From an uncultured Sphingobacterium sp. (GTDB lineage: Bacteria > Bacteroidota > Bacteroidia > Sphingobacteriales > Sphingobacteriaceae), in contig CAZTRY010000006.1 in assembly GCA_964616525.1 (NCBI GenBank), forward strand, positions 2,793 to 66,792: a stretch of DNA of 64,000 nucleotides, given 5' to 3'. The notes under the pieces are model-generated. The model saw only the letters and a program-made list of their open reading frames with translations. It did no database searches and was not told where the DNA came from. The position numbers were made by a program, and so were the translations under genes. Below, in pieces: positions 1 to 9,855 of this stretch; position 1 is the first letter of the stretch; every line of letters begins with the position of its first letter.

Positions 1-710
1 ATATATATTCCATTTTCTTTGAGCAGTTTTTTACAGGCTCCAAAAGAGCTTTTTCCAACTGCATCGAAGATAAAATCATAGCGCTGTCCTGTCTTTGTAA
101 AATCTTCACGGGTATAATCAATTACAAAATCAGCACCCAATGAACGTACAAGTTCCACATTTGCGGTATTGCAAACTGCCGTTACTTCGGCATCGAAGTA
201 TTTCAGGAGTTGTACCGCCGCCGAACCGATTGCACCTGTGGCACCGTAAACCATGATTTGTTGTCCGGCTTCCACCTTTGCCGCCCGGATATTGCATAAG
301 GCATAATGCGCTCCCTCAGTCAGTGCAGCTGCTTCCTCAAAACTCAGATTCTCTGGCATCAAAGTCATCGTATCACGCTCATCCCTGATCAGGTACCCGG
401 CATGCCCACCAAAACGGACATCGTTATAGCCAAATACCCGGTCCCCGACTTGATATGTTAGCACTGATTCACCGACCGATTCAATTGTTCCCGAAAACTC
501 ACAACCCAATATTTGCTGTTTGGGTTTGAAGAGCCCGCTAAAAAACCTGCTGACAAAATATTCTGCACTTCTGAAGCCGCAATCGGTCCGGTTTACGGTG
601 CTGGCATGAACCCTGACCAAAACTTCGTTCGCAGCAGGAGAAGGCTTGTCGATTTCCCTGATATGAACCACTTCTGGCGGACCGTATTGTTTATGGATTG
701 CGGCTTTCAT
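1..710 (-). CDS. NAD(P)-dependent alcohol dehydrogenase/quinone oxidoreductase (MDR family), 3' end runs off the window
   Basis: Not in the ORF track. Manual translation from ATG at 710 gives MKAAIHKQYGPPEVVHIREIDKPSPAANEVLVRVHASTVNRTDCGFRSAEYF...ILGCEFSG and later a Rossmann-type YGATGAIGSAAVQL motif. Confidence 0.85.
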   Translation of the reverse strand, partial: MKAAIHKQYGPPEVVHIREIDKPSPAANEVLVRVHASTVNRTDCGFRSAEYFVSRFFSGLFKPKQQILGCEFSGTIESVGESVLTYQVGDRVFGYNDVRFGGHAGYLIRDERDTMTLMPENLSFEEAAALTEGAHYALCNIRAAKVEAGQQIMVYGATGAIGSAAVQLLKYFDAEVTAVCNTANVELVRSLGADFVIDYTREDFTKTGQRYDFIFDAVGKSSFGACKKLLKENGIY

Positions 711-799
711 TTTCTGATGTTTATACCTTAAATATAAGCTATCCGGCATTTATTTCAATTGTATTCCCGAAATTTTAATCCTGTTGATTAGATGTGTTT

Positions 800-882
800 T
801 AGGATTTGAAAATGAAAGGCAGGTGCTTTTGGCAAGTTTGACCCGGCTGAAGCAAGCGACAAGCACAGACCCTGCTTTTCAG
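800..882. repeat. Palindromic MITE/REP-like repeat, copy 1
   Basis: ggatttgaaaatgaaaggcaggtgcttttggc...agcaagcgacaagcacagaccctgcttttca, imperfectly self-complementary; second copy at 4469-4585. Confidence 0.8.
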
Positions 883-1040
883 AGCCCAAACAAAATTCCT
901 ACACTATCCTCTCGCAAACACCTCAAATTAGTAATCAGATGCCATTTATCCTAAGCCTTAATTCTGATCTAGCCTTAATCCGGTGAGTACCTAAACCTTT
1001 TTTAACCCCTTTTAACTCCTTCCGGAGCCATGCGATTCCC

Positions 1041-1063
1041 TTATTTAAAATAATTCTAAATAA
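1041..1063. promoter_or_regulatory. Fur-type box (Bacteroidota-style palindrome)
   Basis: ttatttaaaataattctaaataa is one mismatch from a perfect TTATTTAGAAT-N-ATTCTAAATAA palindrome and lies upstream of a siderophore receptor. A weaker copy, ttaattataatcagtctaaataa, is at 1100-1122. Confidence 0.7.
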
Positions 1064-1065
1064 TA

Positions 1066-1096
1066 TTTGCTTTTCTGAAATGACTTCTTACTTTTG
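1066..1096 (+). promoter_or_regulatory. Bacteroidota housekeeping promoter (-33 TTTG / -7 TAnnTTTG)
   Basis: TTTG at 1066-1069, 19-nt spacer, TACTTTTG at 1089-1096; lies between the two Fur-like boxes. Confidence 0.7.
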
Positions 1097-1133
1097 GGCT
1101 TAATTATAATCAGTCTAAATAAAAATAAGAAAT

Positions 1134-3290
1134 ATGAAAACAATTACCCTCTCCTTAATGGGTGTTTTACTCGGCTTCAATGCCTACACGCAGGAAGTTA
1201 GAAGCCAGGATTCTTTAACCCGAAGAGTTTTGGAAGAAGTCATCATCAAGGATTTTAAGAACCGCTATAAAGTTGACAGCAGCCGCACGGTTTCTAAATT
1301 ACCTTTAAAATATATCGAGAACCCACAGGTTTACCAGTCAATCTCAAAGAATCTTTTTAAGGATCAGGTTGTTACTAATTTGAACAATGCCCTGAAAAAT
1401 GCAACCGGTATTACCCGTTTATGGGAATCGACGGGCAGAGGAGGCGATGGTGCTGAATTTTATTCTATGCGTGGTTTTGCTGTGCAACCTACAATGGTGA
1501 ATGGAATGGCAAGTATCACGAATGCCGGACTCGACCCGGCGAATATTGAGACTATTGAAATTGTTAAAGGACCTTCAGGAACCTTGTTCGGCGGGAATGT
1601 AATTTCCTATGGCGGCTTGATCAATGTAGTTACCAAAAAGCCGCACGATCAGCCGAGAGGGGAGATTAACTTTACCAATGGCGGCTTTGGCTTAAGACGT
1701 ATTACAGCCGATTATAATTTGCCATTAAGTAAGCAATTAGCAATTCGGGTAAATGCTGCAAATAGTTCAGAGGATAGCTTTCAGGATGCCGGTTTTAGCA
1801 AATCCACTTATATCGCTCCGTCTTTATTGTTCAAAGCTTCTGATAAGCTTCAGTTCCTGATCAATTCGGAGATGCGTTTTGCAGAATCAGCCAACGCGCC
1901 GATGATCTTTTTGAGCAGGTATTCGCCTTTATCCTTCCAGACTATGGATCTGTTTGAGAAGAGTTACCGCAAGTCGTTCACTGCGAATAGTCTGTCAATC
2001 TCAAACCCTTCCTTTGGTTTCCAGGGACAAATGCTTTATACTTTGAGCAAGCAATGGAAATCGCAGACTATTTTATCCTCAAGCAATACAACAAGTGACG
2101 GATATTACCATTATTTATGGGATAGTGCAAATGGATCTGATTTTACCAGATTTATTTCAAAACGTGATGGGAAGACCAGGGCAAGTGGAATTCAGCAGAA
2201 CTTTAATGGTGATTTTCATATAGGAAAGCTCAGGAACCGACTGGTGATTGGTTTAGATTACCTTGAAAAAACCATTGATAACAGCAGTTCAGGCTGGGTA
2301 GCACATGGTCTGGTGTCTCTGAAAAATCAGACTGATGATGGAAAATTAACTCCGCAGGCTGTGGATCAGTCTTTATTGAATGCATTTGAAGGGGTTTCAT
2401 CAGTTAAAACCAAAATCAGCAGTGTTTATGCTTCTGATGTAATTAATCTTTCAAAGAATTTGTCAGCTATGTTAAGCTTAAGACTTGATCATTTCGAAGG
2501 ACAACCCAATTACTATTCAACAGAAAAGATCAAAAGTCAGTTTAATCTCTCGCCTAAATTTGGTTTGGTTTATCAGGCCATTCCTGAGAAACTGTCACTC
2601 TTCTCCAATTACATGAACGGGTTTACCAACCTGGATCCGGCGCAGGTAGCCAATGCAGATGGAAGTAATCCACGGGTTAAAATATTTGATCCTGAGCATG
2701 CTAATCAGTGGGAAGCAGGTACCAAGGCGAATCTTTATCAGGATAATGTATCATTAACCCTAAGCTATTATTCGATCCTGGTTGACAATAAAGTGATGAC
2801 CGATCCTACAAATATCAATAATTCGGTTCAGGGTGGTGAAGTGAGTTCCAAAGGCTTTGAAGCAAGTATTGTGACTAATCCGATCAAAGGTTTGAATATT
2901 ATTGCCGGCTACAGTTTTAACAAGAGCGAAGTGACCAAAGATGCCCCCGATGCGGGATACATTGGCTTGCGTCCGGAAGAGGCAGGTCCGGCCAGACTGG
3001 CTAATTTCTGGGCTAATTATAAGTTTACAGAAGGAGTATTTAAATACGTTGGTATCGGCTTGGGAGCGAATTATGCCAGCGTACACAAAACACTGAATCG
3101 TTCGAATATAGGCACATTTAGTTTGCCAAGTTATGCGGTTTACAATGCAGTATTGAGCTATAGCCGCGCTAATTTCAGCTTAAATCTGAAACTGGATAAT
3201 ATCGGGAATGAAAAATATTACACGGGCTGGTCAACCATTACACCTCAGCGTTTACGGTCTATTGCACTTGGTTTAAACTACATGTTCTAA
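1134..3290 (+). CDS. TonB-dependent siderophore receptor
   Basis: Signal peptide, plug motifs (LKNATGI, MRGF, IEIVKGPSGTLFG, GGLINVVTK), beta-barrel ending in YMF. Confidence 0.92.
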   Translation: MKTITLSLMGVLLGFNAYTQEVRSQDSLTRRVLEEVIIKDFKNRYKVDSSRTVSKLPLKYIENPQVYQSISKNLFKDQVVTNLNNALKNATGITRLWESTGRGGDGAEFYSMRGFAVQPTMVNGMASITNAGLDPANIETIEIVKGPSGTLFGGNVISYGGLINVVTKKPHDQPRGEINFTNGGFGLRRITADYNLPLSKQLAIRVNAANSSEDSFQDAGFSKSTYIAPSLLFKASDKLQFLINSEMRFAESANAPMIFLSRYSPLSFQTMDLFEKSYRKSFTANSLSISNPSFGFQGQMLYTLSKQWKSQTILSSSNTTSDGYYHYLWDSANGSDFTRFISKRDGKTRASGIQQNFNGDFHIGKLRNRLVIGLDYLEKTIDNSSSGWVAHGLVSLKNQTDDGKLTPQAVDQSLLNAFEGVSSVKTKISSVYASDVINLSKNLSAMLSLRLDHFEGQPNYYSTEKIKSQFNLSPKFGLVYQAIPEKLSLFSNYMNGFTNLDPAQVANADGSNPRVKIFDPEHANQWEAGTKANLYQDNVSLTLSYYSILVDNKVMTDPTNINNSVQGGEVSSKGFEASIVTNPIKGLNIIAGYSFNKSEVTKDAPDAGYIGLRPEEAGPARLANFWANYKFTEGVFKYVGIGLGANYASVHKTLNRSNIGTFSLPSYAVYNAVLSYSRANFSLNLKLDNIGNEKYYTGWSTITPQRLRSIALGLNYMF

Positions 3291-3291
3291 A

Positions 3292-4428
3292 GTGAAGAAA
3301 AGTACTAAACGAATTTTTGGAAAAATACACCTTTGGCTCGGTCTTTTGATCGGGCTTTTGGTATTCATATTGGCAATTACAGGATGTATTTATGCTTTTC
3401 AGGAGGAAATTCAGGATTATACCCAAAGCTACCGGCATGTCAGGCCTGAGAATAAGTCCTATCTAAAACCATCTGATTTTCAGGGAATTGCCGCCAGAAC
3501 CTTGCCCGGAAAGAACCTGCACGCGATCAAGTATAACGGGGGATCACGATCGGTAGAGGCTATCTACTATAATTATGAACCTTTATATTACTACATCGCC
3601 TATCTGAATCCATACACCGGAGAGGTATTGAGCGTGAATAATATGGAGGAAGGCTTTTTTCACTTCATACTCGATGGTCATTTTTACCTTTGGCTACCCC
3701 CTGAAATCGGGCAGCCCGTGGTTGCTACCATCACCGTCTTGTTTATTATTATGTTGATTAGCGGACTGATCCTCTGGCTACCTGCTAAAATCAGGCAATT
3801 GAAATCACGAATTTGGTTTAATTGGAGCAACCGAACCCGATGGCGCAGGAAAAACTATGATTTGCATAATATCAGTGGGATTTATGCCATGCTTTTCGGA
3901 CTTTTCTTTGCGATCACCGGGCTTAACTGGGGTTTTCCTGTTTTTGCGGAAGCATATTATAAAATGCTTGGGGGGAAGCAGGAACTGCTGTACACCGAAC
4001 CCGAATCTCAGCCTGGTTTATCTATTGATCCTGCTAAAAGGCCCTTGAATTTGGTTTGGGAGAAAATGATGAAAGAGTACCCGAATGCAGCCAGTATTGA
4101 AGTACATCCGCCCGAAACTTCATTGGCACCGATTGCCGCCAATGCAAATTTTGAACAGGGGACTTACTGGAAAACGGATTATCGCTATTTCGATCAGTAC
4201 AGTATGAAGGAAATGGATGTCAACCATATTTTCGGGCGGCTCAAAGATCAGAAATTTGCAGATAAGGTGATCAGGATGAATTATGATCTGCATACGGGTG
4301 CAATCATCGGGCTTCCCGGAAAGATCATTGCTTTCATTGCCAGTCTGATCATTGCAATACTGCCGGTCACCGGTTTCATGATCTGGTATGGACGAAGAAA
4401 AAAAGAAAGGAAGGTGGCTCGGGTTTAG
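3292..4428 (+). CDS. PepSY-associated TM helix protein (ferri-siderophore reductase-like)
   Basis: IHLWLGL, TGC, YDLHNISG and YDLHTG His-bearing TM motifs; GTG start 1 nt after the receptor stop. Confidence 0.88.
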   Translation: MKKSTKRIFGKIHLWLGLLIGLLVFILAITGCIYAFQEEIQDYTQSYRHVRPENKSYLKPSDFQGIAARTLPGKNLHAIKYNGGSRSVEAIYYNYEPLYYYIAYLNPYTGEVLSVNNMEEGFFHFILDGHFYLWLPPEIGQPVVATITVLFIIMLISGLILWLPAKIRQLKSRIWFNWSNRTRWRRKNYDLHNISGIYAMLFGLFFAITGLNWGFPVFAEAYYKMLGGKQELLYTEPESQPGLSIDPAKRPLNLVWEKMMKEYPNAASIEVHPPETSLAPIAANANFEQGTYWKTDYRYFDQYSMKEMDVNHIFGRLKDQKFADKVIRMNYDLHTGAIIGLPGKIIAFIASLIIAILPVTGFMIWYGRRKKERKVARV

Positions 4429-4468
4429 TGGAATTAAGGAGGTCAGGGATTTTTGTAAAGGGTTTGTC

Positions 4469-4585
4469 TAGGTTTTTGGAAATGTAAGGCAGATGCTTTT
4501 GGCAGGTTCAGCCCGGCTGAAGCCATTCGGACGGGTAGAGCCCGGCTATAGCAAGCGACAAGCACAGACCCTGCTTTTCAAATCC
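4469..4585. repeat. Palindromic MITE/REP-like repeat, copy 2 with internal ~29 bp insertion
   Basis: Same orientation as 800-882; shares agcaagcgacaagcacagaccctgcttttca exactly and carries extra agccattcggacgggtagagcccggctat. Confidence 0.8.
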
Positions 4586-4759
4586 ATATTAAACCTTAAT
4601 CCTAACTATTCTTGTTTATAATTAATCCTCAATCACACAATCAGCACAATTAAATAGCTTACTCTTCCTTAAAACCTTCAAACAAGGTCCATCCTTTACC
4701 AAATACCCTTCATTCCCTTTACCAATTACTTACCAAGCTTAATCAGAAAATCCAGCTGC

Positions 4760-5482
4760 TTAATCACATTCCCCGTCAGGCTTGCAAACAGCTCCTTCCT
4801 GAACTTGCAAACTTCCTGAAGGATGCTCTTGCTTCCATTCCCCAAACGATTTCTCCAGATTTTGCAGGAAAACAGGCGTTTCCTGAGCCCCCGAAACGGC
4901 ATATTTGCGGTTGAATACAAAAAAAGGAACCCCCCGAACACCAAGCTGCTGACTTTCATAAATATCCATTCGCACATCTTCTGTATAACGGTCACTCTCC
5001 AGAACTTTCCTGAGTTCAGTTTCATCCAGGCCGATATTTTTGCCCAGATTAATTAAAATATTGATATCGTCTGTATTTTTTCCTTCGGTAAAATAAGCCT
5101 TGAACAGTAATTCCTCAGCTTCATCCTGCTTGTTTTTGCTCAGTGCAAAGTGGGAGAAACGATGTGCATTCATTGAATTTGCAATAATAGCCTTATCCAA
5201 TTCATAATGCAGTCCCTCGCCAGCAGCCATTTCTGTAACCTGCTGGTTCAGTTGTTCTGCACGTTCCATACTCATGCCTTTGACTTCTGAAAGATACTGA
5301 TTTACATTTTTTGAGGGATCGGTCTTCAGGTCGGGATTCAGCTGAAAACTTTTCCAGATTACTTCTATATTTTCTTTTCCTGGCAGCTGATCAAGCGCTT
5401 TTTCAAACCTCCGTTTCCCGATATAACAGAACGGACACATAACATCACTCCAGATTTCTACTTTCATTTTTTCAGGATTCAT
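4760..5482 (-). CDS. DsbA family oxidoreductase (FrnE-like)
   Basis: WSDVMCPFCYIG active site; GVRGVPFFVF and VSGAQ motifs. Confidence 0.92.
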   Translation of the reverse strand: MNPEKMKVEIWSDVMCPFCYIGKRRFEKALDQLPGKENIEVIWKSFQLNPDLKTDPSKNVNQYLSEVKGMSMERAEQLNQQVTEMAAGEGLHYELDKAIIANSMNAHRFSHFALSKNKQDEAEELLFKAYFTEGKNTDDINILINLGKNIGLDETELRKVLESDRYTEDVRMDIYESQQLGVRGVPFFVFNRKYAVSGAQETPVFLQNLEKSFGEWKQEHPSGSLQVQEGAVCKPDGECD

Positions 5483-5646
5483 TATAATTGAATTAATCGA
5501 TAAGCAAATTTAGGTTTAGCACTTAATATATTGGTCAGGCAAATATCATGGATCAGAAATTTGACATGGATGGGATAAAGCATGAGGCTTATTTGTAATT
5601 CATATTAAAACCCTTATTTTTAATATATATCTAAAAATCATCTGCC

Positions 5647-6246
5647 ATGATTAAAAGATCGAGGTTCACAAAGCTCAAAATTCAACAATTTGAGGAATGG
5701 ATCGCTTCAATCAAAATTGTGCGTAAAGTATTAATCATTCAGCAACACCATACCCAAAGCCCCAATTATGCGCATTTTGATGGAAACAACCACTTTGAAC
5801 TGCAAGAGCGAATGAAAAGCTTTCATATGCTTAGGAATGGCTGGAGGGATATTGGACAGCATTTTACCACTTTTCCTGATGGAATTATTCTCACGGGAGG
5901 ATCACTTGAAAAATCACCTGCCTGTATCCGACACAAAAATGCGAACGCTATCTGTATCGAGCATCTGGGTAATTTTGATACGGGCAGGGATGAAATGACC
6001 GATGAGCATCGCGAAACCATCATCCGTTTGACTGCCATGTTATGCAGCCGATTTGAACTGCCGGTTAATACTCAAAGCATTGTTTATCACCATTGGTTTG
6101 ACCCTGACACAGGTCAGCGGAATAATGGTTCAGAAAATCATAAATCATGTCCAGGAACCAATTTTTTTGGAGGAAATAAGGTTCATGATTGCCTGGATAA
6201 TTTTTTGCCTTTGGTTTCTGCCCGGCTTCATGAACATCCAGTTTAG
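5647..6246 (+). CDS. N-acetylmuramoyl-L-alanine amidase (Amidase_2/PGRP-like)
   Basis: QHHT, GWRDIGQHF, ICIEHLGNFD, YHHW and KSCPG Zn-ligand pattern; no signal peptide. Confidence 0.8.
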   Translation: MIKRSRFTKLKIQQFEEWIASIKIVRKVLIIQQHHTQSPNYAHFDGNNHFELQERMKSFHMLRNGWRDIGQHFTTFPDGIILTGGSLEKSPACIRHKNANAICIEHLGNFDTGRDEMTDEHRETIIRLTAMLCSRFELPVNTQSIVYHHWFDPDTGQRNNGSENHKSCPGTNFFGGNKVHDCLDNFLPLVSARLHEHPV

Positions 6247-6334
6247 AGTCGGGAGCTTTTGAACTACCTGAACCTGAATAAATATTAACAATTAAAATTG
6301 TTTCTAATTAATTGATTATTAATTATTTATATTA

Positions 6335-7360
6335 ATGAAGAAAATTTTATCCATCGATGGGGGCGGTATCCGAGGACTCATTCCCGGTCAGATTCTGGTC
6401 GCACTGGAGAAGAAACTGCAGGAGAAAAGTAAAGACCCTATGGCTCGAATTGCCACTTATTTTGATTTTTTTGCCGGAACCAGTACTGGTGGAATATTGA
6501 CCTGTCTGTTGCTTTGCCCGGATGAGCATGATCCTCAAAAGCCTAAGTTTAGTGCAGAGGAGGCAGTTGACCTTTACAAACGATACGGCGATAAAATATT
6601 CAGGGTTTCTTTTTTGAGTAAACTTCTGAATTATAAATCGATGTTTAGTGAAAAGTATCCTGCAAACAATTTGGAGGAGGTTTTACTCACTTATTTTAGA
6701 GATAAACGCTTGAGTGAATTATTAAAGCCTTGTTTGATTACTTCCTATGATATTCAGGAACGAAAAACACATTTTTTTGCCAGTCACGATTATCCCAGGA
6801 AAGGTGATGGGGGTGATTTTTATCTGAAAGATGTTTGTCGGGCGACTTCAGCAGCCCCAACCTATTTTGAGGCAGCCTTGGTCAAATCCATTAGTGGTGT
6901 CAGCTATCCGATGATCGATGGAGGCATATTTGCGAATAATCCATCCCTTTGTGCTTATTCTGAAGTAAGGAATTCGAAAGGAGATCCGAGTGCAAAGGAT
7001 ATGCTGATTCTCTCTCTCGGAACCGGTGGTGAAAATAAGTCCTATCCTTATCAAAAAGCAAGAGCATGGGGCGCTTTGGGCTGGATCAAACCTTCCATTG
7101 ATATCATGATGTCGGGAGCGGCAGAATCTACCAATTATCATCTGGTTAAAATGTTTGAGGTCAGTGGAAGTGAGGCCAATTATTGCCGGATTCAACCCGA
7201 ACATCTCAGGAATGCAGTTCCAGAAATGGACAATGCGAGTCAGCAGAATATGCAGGCACTTATAGAACTGGGCATTAAAACAGCACAGGACCATTCCGAT
7301 CAATTGGATTCCATAGTCGATCGGATCTTTGAAGATAAAGATGCTGTAGTATTTGAGTAG
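6335..7360 (+). CDS. Patatin-like phospholipase
   Basis: DGGGIRG oxyanion loop, GTSTG nucleophile, SAAPTYF, DGG catalytic Asp, LSLGTG. Confidence 0.92.
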   Translation: MKKILSIDGGGIRGLIPGQILVALEKKLQEKSKDPMARIATYFDFFAGTSTGGILTCLLLCPDEHDPQKPKFSAEEAVDLYKRYGDKIFRVSFLSKLLNYKSMFSEKYPANNLEEVLLTYFRDKRLSELLKPCLITSYDIQERKTHFFASHDYPRKGDGGDFYLKDVCRATSAAPTYFEAALVKSISGVSYPMIDGGIFANNPSLCAYSEVRNSKGDPSAKDMLILSLGTGGENKSYPYQKARAWGALGWIKPSIDIMMSGAAESTNYHLVKMFEVSGSEANYCRIQPEHLRNAVPEMDNASQQNMQALIELGIKTAQDHSDQLDSIVDRIFEDKDAVVFE

Positions 7361-7438
7361 GCATGTCTGAATTGGCGTACCCCGTTTTTATTTTAATATT
7401 ATATTTATCCCAAGCAATCGGCTTGTAAAATTAATAGC

Positions 7439-8980
7439 ATGATCAATAAAAAATTTCTGACTGGCATTTTATTATGCTGCCTGTCCTGTGCAGGCTTCGC
7501 ACAAAAAGCTCCAAATCTAAGTTATGAGGCCATTCCCTGGACAAAACCTCGCAACATCATATTCATTCTTTCTGATGATCACCGCTATGATTTTATGGGT
7601 TTCACAGGCAAGGTTCCGGGTTTAAAAACCCCTAATCTGGATCGGATTGCAATTGAAGGCGCTCATTTTCAAAATGCGTTTGTCAGCACAGCACTTTGTT
7701 CACCAAGCAGGGCTTCCATTTTAACCGGGCAGTATGCGCATACCCATACGGTAGTTGATAATCAGGCGGCTGCACCTTCTTCACTAATCTATTTTCCCCA
7801 ATATCTTCAGAAAGCGGGTTACCAGACTTCCTTTTTTGGGAAATGGCATATGGGTGGAGGTGGTGCTGATCCACGCCCCGGTTTTAATCGCTGGGTGAGT
7901 TTTGCGGGACAAGGGGATTATTATAATCCCAAAATCAATGTCGATGGTAAAATGATTAATTATACAGATAGCAGCTATGTTACTGATGTGCTCACGAATT
8001 ATACGCTAGAATGGCTGGATAAACGCGATAAAAGCAAGCCTTTTTTCGTTTATCTGTCGCACAAGGCGGTGCATGCTGATTTTTATCCGGCAAAAAGGGA
8101 TAAAGGAAAATATAAGGATATACGCATTCAATATCCGGTGTCTATGTTCTCAACTGCCGGCAAGGATAGCAAACGATTTAACCGTGGTGATCAGGCCGAT
8201 TCGAGTGCATATATTTTTAATTATAAGGATATCCCGCAATGGGTGAGGGCACAGCGCTATAGCTGGCATGGAGTTGATTTCATGTACCATGGACAAACCG
8301 ATTTCGATAAGTTTTACGTGGATTATCTTGAAACTTTAATGGGTGTGGATAACAGTGTGGGCAGGGTGCTTGATTACCTGAAGGCTAATGGTCTCGATAA
8401 AGAAACCCTTGTTATTTATATGGGAGATAATGGTTTTTCATTTGGAGAACATGGACTGATAGATAAACGTCATGCCTATGAAGAGTCGATGCGGGTACCT
8501 TTGCTCGCCCGTTCACCGGCACTGATCAAAGCAGGAACCAAGGTGAAGGAAATGGTGCTGAATGTTGACATTGCTCCTAGTATTTTGGAGATGGCAGGAG
8601 TTAAAAAGCCAAAACAAATGCAGGGGACCTCCTTTTTGCCTTTGATGAAAGGAGATCCTGTCCAGAACTGGAGGAAGGAAGTGTTTTATGAATATTACTG
8701 GGAGAATCCTTTTCCGCAAACACCAACGCAATATGCTGTTCGAACCGATCGCTATAAATTCATCCGCAGTCAGGGAGTTTGGGATATTGATCAGTTGTAT
8801 GATCTTCAGCAGGATCCTTATGAACTGAACAATCTGATCCGCAAACCCGAATTACAGGACCTGGCAAAAGATCTGAACAAAAAGCTCTGGGACTGGCTTT
8901 CGGATACACAGGGTTTGTATATTCCTTTAAAACCGATTGGAGATAAGAAGTTTGACCATGTTTATAAGGGGACGTGGTGA
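7439..8980 (+). CDS. Exported S1 sulfatase (N-acetylglucosamine-6-sulfatase-like)
   Basis: Signal peptide; NIIFILSDDH, CSPSRAS formylglycine motif, GKWH, GDNG. Confidence 0.92.
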   Translation: MINKKFLTGILLCCLSCAGFAQKAPNLSYEAIPWTKPRNIIFILSDDHRYDFMGFTGKVPGLKTPNLDRIAIEGAHFQNAFVSTALCSPSRASILTGQYAHTHTVVDNQAAAPSSLIYFPQYLQKAGYQTSFFGKWHMGGGGADPRPGFNRWVSFAGQGDYYNPKINVDGKMINYTDSSYVTDVLTNYTLEWLDKRDKSKPFFVYLSHKAVHADFYPAKRDKGKYKDIRIQYPVSMFSTAGKDSKRFNRGDQADSSAYIFNYKDIPQWVRAQRYSWHGVDFMYHGQTDFDKFYVDYLETLMGVDNSVGRVLDYLKANGLDKETLVIYMGDNGFSFGEHGLIDKRHAYEESMRVPLLARSPALIKAGTKVKEMVLNVDIAPSILEMAGVKKPKQMQGTSFLPLMKGDPVQNWRKEVFYEYYWENPFPQTPTQYAVRTDRYKFIRSQGVWDIDQLYDLQQDPYELNNLIRKPELQDLAKDLNKKLWDWLSDTQGLYIPLKPIGDKKFDHVYKGTW

Positions 8981-9066
8981 TAATTGACAGTTGATAGGTG
9001 ACATTTGACAGTTGAGACCGATAACTATTGGGTGGAGTATCAAGTATCAAGAACCAGGAATCAAGA
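8978..9066. repeat. Degenerate 7-mer tandem arrays
   Basis: tgataat-tgacagt-tgatagg-tgacatt-tgacagt-tgagacc, then agtatca-agtatca-agaacca-ggaatca. Confidence 0.65.
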
Positions 9067-9143
9067 CGATTAAGTACTATTGGTAAATTAGTATCCTTTT
9101 TTCTGATAACAGACAACAGATAAAAGTCAAACTGTGCATCATG

Positions 9144-9575
9144 TCTCCCCCTCTTTTGGAGGGGGCTGGGGGGAGGCCGGTAATTTGTCTGAACTATGAT
9201 TTTTGTGATTAGGGTGATTCTAATGATTAGGAAGAGGTCTTAATATAACCTTTTTCATTGGACTCAAATTCCTGGGCATCACGCTGTCCCCCTTTGGAGG
9301 GGGGTGTAATTGGCCTTGAGTGGTTGGGGGGGAGGTTTTACCCATTATTTTATCTCAATATGGAGTTATAGAATATAGTTCATATAGCCTCCACCTTTAA
9401 TTCCCCCGCAGGCGGGGGATACTGGACGCCCAGAAATTTTACTCAAGAATAATATTTTCCAATTAATAACAATCCCGCTTTCAGCTTCCAGCTTTTTCCT
9501 TTTAGCTTTTCTTTTAGTCCAATGGACTCCTTAGGAGAGGGGGGCGCATATGGCCTTGAGTGCTTGCAGGGGAGG
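9144..9575. repeat. Cluster of four G/C-rich REP-like hairpins
   Basis: Units at about 9144-9178, 9287-9335, 9388-9419 (inverted) and 9527-9575 of the form CCCCC-loop-GGGGG...GGGAGG. Confidence 0.7.
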
Positions 9576-9855
9576 ACTTAATTACAGTCTAAAATATCTT
9601 ATTCAATAAAATTTGTTTCATTCTATTTATTTCTGATATTGAACATACCAATCACTTTGGTATTCAGGTACTTTATGATTGCCTGAAGATGTTGGAATTT
9701 ATGATTGATTCCATTGAATTTTGTTGAATTCAGCAGGGAATTGAAAAAGATTATATGTTAAATTAAAGATTAAATACTATTAAAATAGTGTAAATTTCCA
9801 TTAGATTGATGTTTCATTTTAAATTATTTTTATCGTTTAAGAACTGTATAGCTAG

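Noticed and set aside
513-731. 72-aa plus-strand ORF
   Set aside because: Antisense shadow of the MDR oxidoreductase at 1-710.
6335-7360. CBASS system (CapV-like patatin)
   Set aside because: No CD-NTase or Cap2/Cap3 gene adjacent; patatin motifs alone are not diagnostic.
9600-9855. FNR/CRP site upstream of the oxidoreductase operon
   Set aside because: Several TTGA half-sites and small palindromes, but no TTGAT-N4-ATCAA match.
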